A stretch of DNA of 64,000 nt, from the NCBI GenBank assembly GCA_027449125.1, contig DAIDME010000034.1, forward strand, positions 28,380-92,379. Reading direction: 5' to 3'. The position numbers and the translations under genes are program-made. Shown one piece after another: positions 1-13,066 of the stretch (within the stretch, counting starts at the first letter, position 1; the number at the start of each line of letters is the position of its first letter). Source of the stretch: Solirubrobacterales bacterium (lineage in GTDB: Bacteria; Actinomycetota; Thermoleophilia; Solirubrobacterales; Solirubrobacteraceae). The notes under the pieces are model-generated. The model did not search any database. It was not told the DNA's origin and saw only the letters and a list, made by a program, of their open reading frames with translations.

Positions 1-270
1 CTCGCTCGGACGGTGCATCTCCGCGACCAGCAGCATCGCCCGGTTGCCGCCGACCTGGATGTAGCCCTCAGACTGGGCAAAGCGCAGCGGCTCCCCCTCA
101 CCGACGTAGAGCCGCAGCTCGGTGGGCTCGAGCATCGCCAGCAGCGGGGCGTGGTTGGCGAGCACGCCGATCTCACCCACGGTGGTGCGGGTCGAGACCA
201 TCTCCACGGCGTCGTCGAAGACCGAACCGTCCGGGGTTAGGATCTCGACCTGAAAGGGTGTGTGCGCCAT
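1..270 (-). CDS. atpC: F1Fo ATP synthase subunit epsilon (3' end cut by window edge)
   Basis: Own translation from ATG (cat 268-270) gives MAHTPFQVEILTPDGSVFDDAVEMVSTRTTVGEIGVLANHAPLLAMLEPTELRL..., a typical epsilon N-terminal domain. It starts 8 nt after the atpD stop. It is absent from the ORF track because it is open at the window edge. Confidence 0.85.
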   Translation of the reverse strand, partial: MAHTPFQVEILTPDGSVFDDAVEMVSTRTTVGEIGVLANHAPLLAMLEPTELRLYVGEGEPLRFAQSEGYIQVGGNRAMLLVAEMHRPSE

Positions 271-278
271 CGGGTCCC

Positions 279-2674
<2,396 letters not shown>

Positions 2675-2704
2675 GGGGTTTGGCTTCCTGGGGTGGCGCG
2701 GAGC

Positions 2705-4258
<1,554 letters not shown>

Positions 4259-4275
4259 CTGTTCGTAAGGCTCCT

Positions 4276-4806
4276 TTAGGCCTGTGCGACTTCTCTGCGA
4301 AGTTGTTCGAGGCGCGTGCGGATCGACGCGTCCATGATGAAGTTCCCGACCCGGAGCACGATCCCGCCGAGGATCTCCGGGTCGACATTGCTCGAGAGCT
4401 CGATCTCATTGCCGGTCTGCTCGCCGATGCGCCGGCCGAGGTCGGCGACGATCTCCGGATCGAGCTCGATGGCACTGGTCACCTGCACCGGCAGGCGGCG
4501 GTTGTGCTCCGCGTAAAGCGCCTCGAAGGCAGCCCTGATCCTGAAGATCACAGGCAGCCGGTGACGTTCGGCAAGTGCCTCGAGGAAGTTCAGGAAGGCG
4601 GGCTCGGCGCCGACGACCACACGGTGCAGGCCGTCCTTCTTCTCCTGCACCGTGAAGTACGGCGAGAAGCAGAAGACCGCGAGCTCGCGGTTGTCGTGGA
4701 GCGCCTCCGCGAACTGCTGAAGCTGCTGAGCGAGCGGCTCGAGCGTACCCTGCTCGGAGCCGACCTCGAACAGCGCGCGGGCGTATACCTGGGCGATCTC
4801 TTCCAT
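4276..4806 (-). CDS. atpH: F1Fo ATP synthase subunit delta (OSCP)
   Basis: 176-aa ORF between atpF and atpA. The N-terminus ([12 protein letters not shown]...) and C-terminus ([23 protein letters not shown]) are OSCP-like. Confidence 0.9.
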   Translation of the reverse strand: MEEIAQVYARALFEVGSEQGTLEPLAQQLQQFAEALHDNRELAVFCFSPYFTVQEKKDGLHRVVVGAEPAFLNFLEALAERHRLPVIFRIRAAFEALYAEHNRRLPVQVTSAIELDPEIVADLGRRIGEQTGNEIELSSNVDPEILGGIVLRVGNFIMDASIRTRLEQLRREVAQA

Positions 4807-4863
4807 GGTCTCTTCGTATGCGAGCGCGGCTCGTCTCTGCCTGGCGGCCAGCGGGCCGCCAGG

Positions 4864-5415
4864 CTAGTTGCCGCCTCCGGTGAGCACGCTGAAGTCCAGG
4901 TCGGCGAGCGCCTCCTCGACCAGGCGGCGCTGGTCGTCTCCGGTCAGCACCTTGCCGGTGACCTTCTCGGTGGCGAGCACCGTCAGGTCGGCCACCTCGC
5001 GACGGATCTCGTCGATCGCGCGACGGGTCTCCGCCTCCACGTCGCGGCGGGTCTGCTCGAGCAGGCGCTCGCGCTCGGCGCGAGCGGTCTCGATCGCCTC
5101 CTTCTGGTGAGCCTCGCCGGCCTGGCGGGCACGGGTGACGATCTCATCCGCCTGTGCGCGCGCCTCGGCCAGGCGCTGGCGGTACTCGGCCAGCACCTCG
5201 TCGGCCTGGCGGCGCAGGTCGGCCGCGGAGTCGATCTCACCCGCGATCGCCTCCGCACGCCGGTCGAGCGCCTGGCCGATCACCGGGAAGACATACCGGC
5301 GCAGTACCCAGAGGCAGATCAGGAAGATGACCAGCACCCAGACCATCAGCCCCACGTTGGGGGTGATCAGAAACGACCCGGAGGAGGCGATCGGTAGGTG
5401 TGCAGTTGCTGGCAT
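4864..5415 (-). CDS. atpF: F1Fo ATP synthase subunit b
   Basis: 183-aa ORF with one N-terminal TM (LMVWVLVIFLICLWVL) followed by a long charged Ala/Glu/Arg helix. Its position is between atpE and atpH. Confidence 0.9.
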   Translation of the reverse strand: MPATAHLPIASSGSFLITPNVGLMVWVLVIFLICLWVLRRYVFPVIGQALDRRAEAIAGEIDSAADLRRQADEVLAEYRQRLAEARAQADEIVTRARQAGEAHQKEAIETARAERERLLEQTRRDVEAETRRAIDEIRREVADLTVLATEKVTGKVLTGDDQRRLVEEALADLDFSVLTGGGN

Positions 5416-5442
5416 TGGTCGTTTTGCTCCCGCCGCTTCGGC

Positions 5443-5727
5443 CTAGAGGAAGAAGGCGATGAAGCCGCCGACGAGGCCGTAGAAGAAGCACGCTTCGGTC
5501 AGCGCGAAGCCCAGCCACTGGTCGCGCTCGATGTCCTGGCGCAGCTCCGGCTGACGGGTCTTTGCCTGAATGGAGGCGTTGAACACGCTGCCGATGCCGG
5601 CGCCCGCGCCCGCCGCGCCACCGCCGGCGCCGACGCCGAGACCGATCGACTTACCCGCGTTCTGGGCGTAATCGGCGATCTGACCCAGCACCGGGTGGAA
5701 GATCGACAGGAAGTGGAGGAACAGCAT
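5443..5727 (-). CDS. atpE: F1Fo ATP synthase subunit c
   Basis: Helical hairpin with a Gly-rich helix 1 (GLGVGAGGGAAGAGAGIG) and a carboxylate Glu in helix 2 (LTEACFFYGLVGG). I placed the start at ATG 5727 (MLFLHF...) because the longer listed ORF would run into atpB. Confidence 0.9.
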   Translation of the reverse strand: MLFLHFLSIFHPVLGQIADYAQNAGKSIGLGVGAGGGAAGAGAGIGSVFNASIQAKTRQPELRQDIERDQWLGFALTEACFFYGLVGGFIAFFL

Positions 5728-5752
5728 TTCCGGGTTGGCTCCTTGTTGATTG

Positions 5753-6748
5753 CTAGTGGCTCGTGACCGCGTCACCGAGGTAGATCGCGGTCAGGACGGA
5801 GAAGATGAAGGCCTGCAGGGCGGCGATCAGGACCGCCTCGAAGAGGTAGATCGCGATCCCGAACGGGAACAGCAGCCACTGCACCCACGGGTCGCCGACG
5901 AGCACGCCGAGCTCGCCCCCCATGAACGCGATCAGCATGTGGCCGGCCAGCAGGTTGGCCCAGAGCCGCACGGTCAGCGAGATCAGGCGCAGGAAGTACG
6001 AGAGCACCTCGATGACGAAGATCAGCGGCTTGATCGGCCCGGTGATGCCCGCCGGCATCAGGCTTCTGAGGAAGCCGGCGGGCCCGTGGTGGGCCTTCAG
6101 ACGCTCCCAGCTGAACAGCACGAACACCATCAGCGCGAGGATCAGCGGGAAGGCGACGTTCGTGTCGGCGGCGTAGATCTGGAATGACGGCAGGTGGGCG
6201 CCGAACAGCTTGAACTTGTCCAGCGAGTCGACCGGCAGCGGGATGTAGCCGATCAGATTCGAGACGAGGATGAAGATGAACAGCGTGGCGATGAGCGGGA
6301 AGTACCGGCGCGAGAGGGTCGTGTCCAGGTTCTCGCGGGTCATGCCGCTGGTCAGCCCGTAGAACATCTCGATCGCCGCCTGCAGGCGACCCGGCCGCTC
6401 TTTCAGCCGGCGCGCCACGTAGAAGAGCAGCGCGAGCGTGATCGCGGCCGCGAGCAGCACGTAGAGCACGCCCTTGTTGAAGTTCACCGGGCCGACGCTG
6501 AACCAGGTATCGAGCTTGAACTCGTTGGTCGGCGTGAACACCCCGCTGGCGACGGCGGGAGCCTTGTGGGCCTTGAAGCCGAAGACGCCGATGAAGAAGA
6601 ACAGCCCGGCGACCCACAGACCGCCGAGCGTGAGCGCGACGCGCTTGCCGCGGCTCATGCCCGCCCTGGGCTCGCTGCCTTCGCCCGGCGCGGGCGTGCC
6701 GGCTGGCGCGGGCGTGCCGCCCGGCGCGGGTGCGGTGATGGCGCTCAT
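5753..6748 (-). CDS. atpB: F1Fo ATP synthase subunit a
   Basis: 331-aa polytopic ORF with the conserved Arg helix LTVRLWANLLAGHML. Its ATG overlaps the stop of the upstream membrane-protein gene (ATGA at 6745-6748). Confidence 0.93.
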   Translation of the reverse strand: MSAITAPAPGGTPAPAGTPAPGEGSEPRAGMSRGKRVALTLGGLWVAGLFFFIGVFGFKAHKAPAVASGVFTPTNEFKLDTWFSVGPVNFNKGVLYVLLAAAITLALLFYVARRLKERPGRLQAAIEMFYGLTSGMTRENLDTTLSRRYFPLIATLFIFILVSNLIGYIPLPVDSLDKFKLFGAHLPSFQIYAADTNVAFPLILALMVFVLFSWERLKAHHGPAGFLRSLMPAGITGPIKPLIFVIEVLSYFLRLISLTVRLWANLLAGHMLIAFMGGELGVLVGDPWVQWLLFPFGIAIYLFEAVLIAALQAFIFSVLTAIYLGDAVTSH

Positions 6749-7200
6749 CGTTGCTGTGAATCCCTCTCCGGCGGCGGACCGCTCACGATCCTGACCGCGA
6801 AGCCTACCGAGTACGCGGCGAAGATCAGGACTGCCGCGGCCAGGCCGTCCTGGCGGTGGCCGGCGACGCCTGCCACAACGATCGCGCCGGCCAGCAGCCA
6901 GATGCGTCCGAACGCCTCGGTCACGTGAACGCCGACCTGCGTGCGCGGGTCACGCAGCCTGCGCGTGAAGCGCCGGTCCGCGATCTGGATGAACCGCTGC
7001 AGGAGCCAGCCCGCCCCGCCAACCAGGACGCCGAGCGACGGCGCGCCGAGCACCAGCGCGATGGCGGCGCCGAGAACGACGAAGAAGACATCTGAGTAGT
7101 GAAGCGCGTTCACGGTTACCCGCTCATGCGAATGGGCGTTTTGATACAAAGTGCTCATATCCCGTTTGGGCGGTGGCTGCCCTGAGGTCGGGCGCTGCAT
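6745..7200 (-). CDS. small integral membrane protein at the AtpI / Rv1303-like position
   Basis: 151-aa ORF with about 4 hydrophobic segments, translationally coupled to atpB. An alternative start is ATG 7158 (MSTLYQ...). The function is inferred from position only. Confidence 0.6.
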   Translation of the reverse strand: MQRPTSGQPPPKRDMSTLYQNAHSHERVTVNALHYSDVFFVVLGAAIALVLGAPSLGVLVGGAGWLLQRFIQIADRRFTRRLRDPRTQVGVHVTEAFGRIWLLAGAIVVAGVAGHRQDGLAAAVLIFAAYSVGFAVRIVSGPPPERDSQQR

Positions 7201-7379
7201 GCTAGCGATTAACCGCCGGTAAGGCGTTGCTGGCCCTGCTCGCGTGCGCTCTCACGCGCTGAACGCCCGGAACCGCGGGCCCGAGCGTCCACCGCGGCCG
7301 TGGATCACAGTGCTTACTGGCTGGTGATGCCGATCAGCAGGTCAGTGCGAGATCGCGATTCCAGCCCTGGTGGCGACCG

Positions 7380-8606
7380 ATGAACACGCCGCTGGCACGC
7401 GCGGCCGATGCTCGCTGCATCGCCGTCCGGCGACCGGTCCGCTCCGCTGCGCGGTTGGGCGCGCTGATGCTCATCGCCTGTCTGCTGGCGGGCGCGCCGG
7501 CGGGCGCCGCCCGGGCCGCCTCGGCCGGCGAGGCTGCCGCAGGCGAGCAGGTGTCCGGCCTGACCCTGACGAGCACCCAGCCGCCCGCGCCGCTGCCGCG
7601 CCGTCTGCCCGCCTCACACCCGTACCGCCCGCCCGCCGGCAAGCTCTTCCAGGGAGTCGCGAGCAAGCCGATCGGTGCCTACACGGGCGCGATCGGCAAG
7701 CATCCAGCCGTCTACCAGGAGTTCGTCGCCTGGGGCCAGTGGCTACCCGGCATCACCGCCGACGCGACAGCCAACCGCGCGCGGCTGATGATGATGGTCA
7801 CGACCGCCTACGGCTCGAGGAACGTGATCTCGCCCTACGGGATCGCGACCGGCTTGGGGGATGCGTGGCTGATCGGCCTGGCCCAGGCGATCTCCGCATC
7901 CCACAACATCACCTACCTGCGCCTGATGGCCGAGATGAACAACTGCGAGAACGCTTACGCCGCCTACAACTGCAATGGCAGCTCACGGGGAGCGCAGTAC
8001 TCGAGCGGCGCCTTCAAGCAGGCCTGGCGGCGGGTCACGCTGATCATGCGTGGCGGTCTGGTGTCGTTGATCGACCGGCGGCTCGAGGCTCTGCACATGC
8101 CGGCGCTGCGCACCTCGCTGACCTACCTGCCGACTCCGGAGGTTGCAATGGTCTGGGTGCCGATGGTCGGTGGCAACCCCGCCATCCCGGCGCTGGAGCC
8201 GGGCGCCTACTTCCCCGGCCGTGACTGGGTCGACTGGGTTGGCACGGACTTTTACAGCCGCTACCCGAACTGGTCGGGACTCAACGCCTTCTACGCGGCG
8301 TATGCGCATGTGGCGCCGTTCGTATTCGGTGAGTACGCGATCTGGGGCGGCGACGCGCCGAGCTGGGCAAGCTCGCTCTTCAGCTGGGTCTCCGCGCATC
8401 CCGCCACGCGGATGCTCGTCTACAACGACGCCTCGCCCGAGTTCTACCTGACGCATTTCCCCGCCAGCGCCGCCGTGATCAGGCGGGCCCTGGCGGCACC
8501 GAAGTTCCTCGCCTACGCGCCGGAGTGGGCACCTGGGGCGGCAGCACTGAGGCGGCCAGGTTCCGGCCGCGGCCGGCGCCGGGTCGTCACGGGCCCGTCA
8601 GGTTAG
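7380..8606 (+). CDS. secreted glycoside-hydrolase-like protein (GH26-like, tentative)
   Basis: 408-aa ORF with a signal-like N-terminus (RRPVRSAARLGALMLIACLLAGAPAGA). The motif RDWVDWVGTDFYSRYPNW resembles the GH26 motif (D-Y-V-D-W-V-G-x-D-x-Y). It is the only plus-strand gene in this block. Confidence 0.5.
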   Translation: MNTPLARAADARCIAVRRPVRSAARLGALMLIACLLAGAPAGAARAASAGEAAAGEQVSGLTLTSTQPPAPLPRRLPASHPYRPPAGKLFQGVASKPIGAYTGAIGKHPAVYQEFVAWGQWLPGITADATANRARLMMMVTTAYGSRNVISPYGIATGLGDAWLIGLAQAISASHNITYLRLMAEMNNCENAYAAYNCNGSSRGAQYSSGAFKQAWRRVTLIMRGGLVSLIDRRLEALHMPALRTSLTYLPTPEVAMVWVPMVGGNPAIPALEPGAYFPGRDWVDWVGTDFYSRYPNWSGLNAFYAAYAHVAPFVFGEYAIWGGDAPSWASSLFSWVSAHPATRMLVYNDASPEFYLTHFPASAAVIRRALAAPKFLAYAPEWAPGAAALRRPGSGRGRRRVVTGPSG

Positions 8607-9094
8607 GGACCGAGCTCGGCGAGCCGGGCGCGCACGCGCGCGGCGCGCTCGCTCAGGTCAGCTTCGAGCTTGGTGAGCTCGGCGAGCCTGCCGCGCACCA
8701 GCGCGAGCTGGTTGGCGATGTGCCCTTCCGACTGCAGCAGGAGCTCGTGCTGGCGGCGGGGATCAGCGGTGGCATGCAACTCGCGACGGATCTCCGCTCG
8801 TGCGGTCTCCGCCTCGAGCAGCTGCGAGAGCTGCTCGAGGCTCAGGCCAAGCAGCTCCTTGAGCCGTACGATCTCGTGGACGCGGTCGACATCGGCCTGC
8901 GAGTAGCAGCGGTGCTTGCCGAGGGCACGCGTGTCCCCGCCCGACAGCAGGCCGATCTCCTCGTAGTAACGGATCGTGCGCGTCGTGGTGCCGGTCAGAG
9001 CTGCGACCTCACCGATGCGCATCGCCCGGTCGGCGTCGGGCGGCGGCGCGTCCACGGCACCAGCGGGTGGTGCCACCGCTTCGGTGGCCGTCAT
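8603..9094 (-). CDS. MerR-family transcriptional regulator
   Basis: This is the last 163 aa of the listed 653-aa ORF: MTATEAV...MRIGEVAALTGTTTRTIRYYEEIGLL... (MerR HTH) plus a C-terminal coiled coil. Its ATG 9092-9094 overlaps the MFS stop at 9091-9093. Confidence 0.88.
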   Translation of the reverse strand: MTATEAVAPPAGAVDAPPPDADRAMRIGEVAALTGTTTRTIRYYEEIGLLSGGDTRALGKHRCYSQADVDRVHEIVRLKELLGLSLEQLSQLLEAETARAEIRRELHATADPRRQHELLLQSEGHIANQLALVRGRLAELTKLEADLSERAARVRARLAELGP

Positions 9095-10632
9095 GCCGCC
9101 ACCGCCTGCCCGCCCTGGGCGAGCTTGGCCGGCTCGAGACCGCTGTCGCCCGCACCGTCGACTGCCTGGCCGGTGGCGTGCCTCGGCCGTGCCAGCGCCA
9201 CCACGGCGCCCAGCACCGACAGTCCGCTCATGCACCAGAGGGCGAAGTGCATGTTCGCCAGAAACGGCGCCAGGTGGGCGGCGCTGATGCGGGTGCCGAG
9301 CCCGGAGAAGATGCTGAACAGCACCGTCGGGGAGATGCCACTCGTGACCACCGCCATCACGAATGCGATCGACAGCACGGCGCCGGTGTTCTGGACCAGC
9401 ACCCGCGCACCGGAGGCGATCCCACGACGGTGGGGAGCTACCACCCCCATCATCGCCGCCGTGTTCGGCGAGTTGAACATGCCCGAGCCGACACCGACGA
9501 CGAACTGGAAGAGCCCGGGCCACCAGTAGCTGGTGTCCTGTGAGAGCGTGGTCATCAGGCCAAGCCCGAGCGCCGTCAGCAGCATGCCCAGCGAGGCCAG
9601 CGCACGGGAGCCACGACGGTCGGCGTAGACGCCGGCCAGAGGCGAGGCGATCAGCATGCCGAGCGCCAGCGGCGCGAGCTTGAGCCCGGCGAGGATCGGC
9701 GTGTCGCCCTGCACGCCCTGAAAGTAGAAGACGAATACGAACATCAGGGCAAAGCGCGCCAGGCCGTTCAGAAACGCGGCGGCGGAGGCAGCGCTGAAGA
9801 GCCGGCTCTGGAAGATGGTCAGATCGAGCATCGGCGCGCGATGGCGGCGCTCGATCACGACGAACAGCGGCAGCAGCACCGCCGCGGCTGCGAGGCTGCC
9901 GAACACGAGCGCCCCGTGCCAGCCCTCGATGCCGCCCCTGGAGATCCCGTACACCAGGCCGGTGAGGCCGACCAGGAAGGTGCCCGTGCCGAGCGCGTCG
10001 AAGCTCGTGTCTTCGCCGCGCCCGGTGATCTCGCGCAGGACCGAGAAGGCCCAGAGGCTGCCCAGCAGCGCGAACGGCACGTTGAACCAGAACACCCAGT
10101 GCCACGATATGTCGACCAGCGCGCCGCCCAGAACCGGTCCGATCACAAGGCCTATGGCGGCGACCATCGTGTTGGTCCCCATCGCCACGCCGAGCTGCTC
10201 GCGCGGGAAGGCGTCGGTCACGATCGCGGCGGAGTTGGCAAAGAGGAAGGCGCCGCCCAGACCCTGGGCGACTCGCCAGAGGATCAGCTCGGTGCCGCCG
10301 GCCGAGAACCCGGCGCCGAGCGATGCCGCGGCGAACATCAGGAACCCGCCGATGTAGGCGTTCTTGCGGCCGAACTGGTCGGAGAGGCGACCCGCGCTCA
10401 GCACCAGCACCGTGGAGGCGATCATGTAGACGAGGATCACCCACACCAGGGTCAGCAGGCTGGTGTGCAGGTGGCGCTCCAGATCTGGCAGAGCGATGAT
10501 CAGCGTGCCCGAGTTGATCGTCGCAAGCAGCATGCCCACGCTCGTGCACGACAGTGCCCACCACTTGTAGTGGTCGTGGTCCCGATCGACGCCGATCCTG
10601 CGTCTGGAGCGCGCGGCTGTGGCTGCGGACAT
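9091..10632 (-). CDS. MFS transporter (DHA2/EmrB-QacA-like drug:H+ antiporter)
   Basis: 513-aa polytopic ORF whose length fits a 14-TMS MFS. It has MFS motif-like GRLSDQFGRKN. The ATG at 10632 is preceded by GGAGGA. Confidence 0.88.
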   Translation of the reverse strand: MSAATAARSRRRIGVDRDHDHYKWWALSCTSVGMLLATINSGTLIIALPDLERHLHTSLLTLVWVILVYMIASTVLVLSAGRLSDQFGRKNAYIGGFLMFAAASLGAGFSAGGTELILWRVAQGLGGAFLFANSAAIVTDAFPREQLGVAMGTNTMVAAIGLVIGPVLGGALVDISWHWVFWFNVPFALLGSLWAFSVLREITGRGEDTSFDALGTGTFLVGLTGLVYGISRGGIEGWHGALVFGSLAAAAVLLPLFVVIERRHRAPMLDLTIFQSRLFSAASAAAFLNGLARFALMFVFVFYFQGVQGDTPILAGLKLAPLALGMLIASPLAGVYADRRGSRALASLGMLLTALGLGLMTTLSQDTSYWWPGLFQFVVGVGSGMFNSPNTAAMMGVVAPHRRGIASGARVLVQNTGAVLSIAFVMAVVTSGISPTVLFSIFSGLGTRISAAHLAPFLANMHFALWCMSGLSVLGAVVALARPRHATGQAVDGAGDSGLEPAKLAQGGQAVAA

Positions 10633-10645
10633 ACGGTTCCTCCGG

Positions 10646-10679
10646 CTAAAACTGCTTCTTTACGTGAACGTCAGTTTAG
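10646..10679. promoter_or_regulatory. AT-rich imperfect dyad upstream of the MFS-MerR operon (candidate MerR operator/promoter)
   Basis: CTAAAACTG-N17-CAGTTTAG with inner ACGTGAACGT, in a locally AT-rich patch 14-47 nt upstream of the MFS ATG. Confidence 0.3.
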
Positions 10680-10714
10680 CAGCGAGCGTGGTGCTCGCCA
10701 ATCGGCGCCGCGCC

Positions 10715-11791
10715 CTACGCCTGGAAGGCGGACACGGTCGCCAGCACGACGTACACGGCGATCAGTGCGGCGCCCTCGAACGGAGTCGCCTCACCGTCAC
10801 CGGTTATCTGCCAGATCAGGACCGCCGTGCCGACCAGCGCCGCGGCCCATACGTCCGGCAGCTGGAAGCTCAGGCGGCTCGCCGTGGCCAGCGAGACGAG
10901 CACCATCAGGGGGTAGAGAAACGCCGCCAGTTGCGCCACCGAGTTCTTGACGACGCTGATCGCGAGGTCGTGCTTGCCCCGGTAGGCCAGGTAGATGCCG
11001 GACGCGTTCTCCACGGCGTTGCCGGCGATCGCGATGATCACGATGCCCGCAAACGACTGCGTCAGGGAGAGCTGGTGGATCGTCGGCGCAAGCGCGTGCA
11101 CGAACCAGTCCGAGACGAAGGCAGACCCGACACCGGCGCCCGCCAGCAGCACGACCGCCGCTCTCAGCGCCAGGCGCGGCCGCTCCACGCTGGCCGCCTC
11201 CCCCGGATCCGCCACGGCCCTGGTCCGGTCTGACGCGAGGTACTGGCGCATCCAGATCGAATAGACGACCAGCAGCGCCACGGCCCCGACGATGCTGATC
11301 GCCTCCACGTGGCGGCCGGCCGCGCCACCGGCGCCTGCGACCAGCGCAATCAGCACGATCGTCAGCGAGGCGATCAGCATCAGCGTGGCCGTGTCGTTCG
11401 GCAGGCCGGCGTGAAAGCGCATCACACGCGCACGCTCACGGGCCGCCCCCGTCACGAGCACCAGGCCCAGGACCAGCAGCGCATTCACCAGGATCGAGCC
11501 GATCAGCGCCGTCTGTGCAACCGTCCGCTCGTGCGCCTGCAGGGCGAACAGCACGACGAAGAACTCGGGCAGGTTGCCGACGGTGGACTGCAGCACACCC
11601 GTGACACCCGGTCCGAAGCCCAAGCCGATCTGCTCCGTCGCGAACGAGACCGTCCACGCCAGCCCGGCGAGCGCCACCGCCGCCACGGCGAACGCGAGCA
11701 GCTGTGGGGCGGGGCGCACATAGCGAGTCACACCGGCGAGACCGACGAGCAGCGGGACGCTGTAGAGCAACCGGCGTTGCAGGCGGCTCAC
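10715..11791 (-). CDS. Ca2+/H+ antiporter (CaCA family, ChaA/CAX-like)
   Basis: 358-aa polytopic ORF with two alpha-repeat motifs: GNLPEFFVVLFAL...GSILVNALLVLG and GNAVENASGIYLAYRGKHDLAISVVKNS. Its GTG start overlaps the wecA stop (GTGA at 11788-11791). Confidence 0.88.
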   Translation of the reverse strand: MSRLQRRLLYSVPLLVGLAGVTRYVRPAPQLLAFAVAAVALAGLAWTVSFATEQIGLGFGPGVTGVLQSTVGNLPEFFVVLFALQAHERTVAQTALIGSILVNALLVLGLVLVTGAARERARVMRFHAGLPNDTATLMLIASLTIVLIALVAGAGGAAGRHVEAISIVGAVALLVVYSIWMRQYLASDRTRAVADPGEAASVERPRLALRAAVVLLAGAGVGSAFVSDWFVHALAPTIHQLSLTQSFAGIVIIAIAGNAVENASGIYLAYRGKHDLAISVVKNSVAQLAAFLYPLMVLVSLATASRLSFQLPDVWAAALVGTAVLIWQITGDGEATPFEGAALIAVYVVLATVSAFQA

Positions 11792-13020
11792 TCGTCCTGC
11801 TCCGGCATCCTGATCGCGTCGAACTCGCCCGTCTCCATGTCGCGCTTCACCGCGGCGACGATGTCATGCTCGCTGGTGTCGGGGTCGACCTTGCGCAGCT
11901 GGATCGCCTTGAGCAGCTTGAACTTGAAGATCTCCAGCACGTAGACCAGGTACACGCTCGCGATCGCCGCGATCAGCAGGATCAGGCCCATGACCACGCT
12001 CCAGCCGAGGTAGTAGCGACCGTGGTGGTTGGAGTAGGGCACGAATCGCAGCGCCAGTGCCACGCCCGCGAGCATGAGCGTCCAGGCGTAGAGATAGGCG
12101 ACCGTCTTGCGCTGGCTGAAGCCGATCTTGGCCATGCGGTGGTGAAAGTGCTCCGTGTCTCGATGCCACGGCATGTGGCCGTACTTCAGGCGTTTGGCCA
12201 CCACGAAGCCGGTGTCCATGAACGGCACCGCCAGCACCAATAGCGGCACCGCGAGCGCCAGCACCGCGTTGGTCTTCAGCGAGCCGATGATCGTCACCAC
12301 GCCGAGCAGGTAGCCGAGCAGGTTCGAGCCGGTGTCGCCCATGAAGATCTTCGCCGGGTAGCGGTTGTGAAACAGGAATCCGAGCGCGGCGCCGCAGGTG
12401 ATTGCGGCCAGCACCGCGGCCGCGCTCCTGCCGCCTTCAACGCTGAAGGCGATCACCGCAAACGCCGCGCCGTCAATCGCACAGACCCCCGCGGCGAGGC
12501 CGTCGACGCCGTCCGAGAAGTTCACCACGTTCATCAGCGCCACGAGCCACAGAACGGTCAGCTCCTTGCCGCCATCGGGGAAGGCCAGGTAGCCCAGGAA
12601 CGGCAGCCTCACCCCCTTGATCAGAGCGCCTCCCAGCGCCGCCACGATCGCGGCGGCGACCTGGCCCGCCAGCTTCACGAGCGGCTTGAGCTCGAGGATG
12701 TCGTCCAGCGCGCCGATCAGCGCGATCACCACGGCCCCGGCGATCACCACCCAGGTGTGCACGACACCGGCGGTTCCCGGCTTGTAGGTGGGTGCCAGTC
12801 GCAGATGGATCGTGTCCGGCAGCCAGATGACCGCCGCCACGATCACTGCCGCCAGGATCGCCAGGCCGCCCAGCTCCGGCGTGGGCTCGCGCGCCAGCCC
12901 GCGCTCGGACGGGTAGGCGATCGCGCCGACCTTGCGCGCCAGCCGACCCGCGAGCGGCGTCAGCAACGCGGCGACGGCCGTCGCGACGAGCAGGGCGTAG
13001 ACGGCATCCAGGTAACGCAT
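11788..13020 (-). CDS. wecA: UDP-GlcNAc:undecaprenyl-phosphate GlcNAc-1-phosphate transferase (MraY/WecA family, GT4)
   Basis: Polytopic ORF with the motif NVVNFSDGVDGLAAG. I placed the start at ATG 13020 (MRYLDAVYALLVATAV...). It occupies the same position as rfe/wecA upstream of the atp operon in mycobacteria. Confidence 0.85.
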   Translation of the reverse strand: MRYLDAVYALLVATAVAALLTPLAGRLARKVGAIAYPSERGLAREPTPELGGLAILAAVIVAAVIWLPDTIHLRLAPTYKPGTAGVVHTWVVIAGAVVIALIGALDDILELKPLVKLAGQVAAAIVAALGGALIKGVRLPFLGYLAFPDGGKELTVLWLVALMNVVNFSDGVDGLAAGVCAIDGAAFAVIAFSVEGGRSAAAVLAAITCGAALGFLFHNRYPAKIFMGDTGSNLLGYLLGVVTIIGSLKTNAVLALAVPLLVLAVPFMDTGFVVAKRLKYGHMPWHRDTEHFHHRMAKIGFSQRKTVAYLYAWTLMLAGVALALRFVPYSNHHGRYYLGWSVVMGLILLIAAIASVYLVYVLEIFKFKLLKAIQLRKVDPDTSEHDIVAAVKRDMETGEFDAIRMPEQDE

Positions 13021-13066
13021 CTGGCCGTCTAAGCATGCCAGCAGCGGCGAAGCGCGGTCGGGAGCG

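Noticed and set aside
9095-10564. Upstream 490 aa of the listed 653-aa minus-strand ORF (8603-10564).
   Set aside because: Only the last 163 aa (the MerR gene, 8603-9094) make sense. The rest is an off-frame read-through across the MFS transporter gene, which occupies another frame on the same strand.
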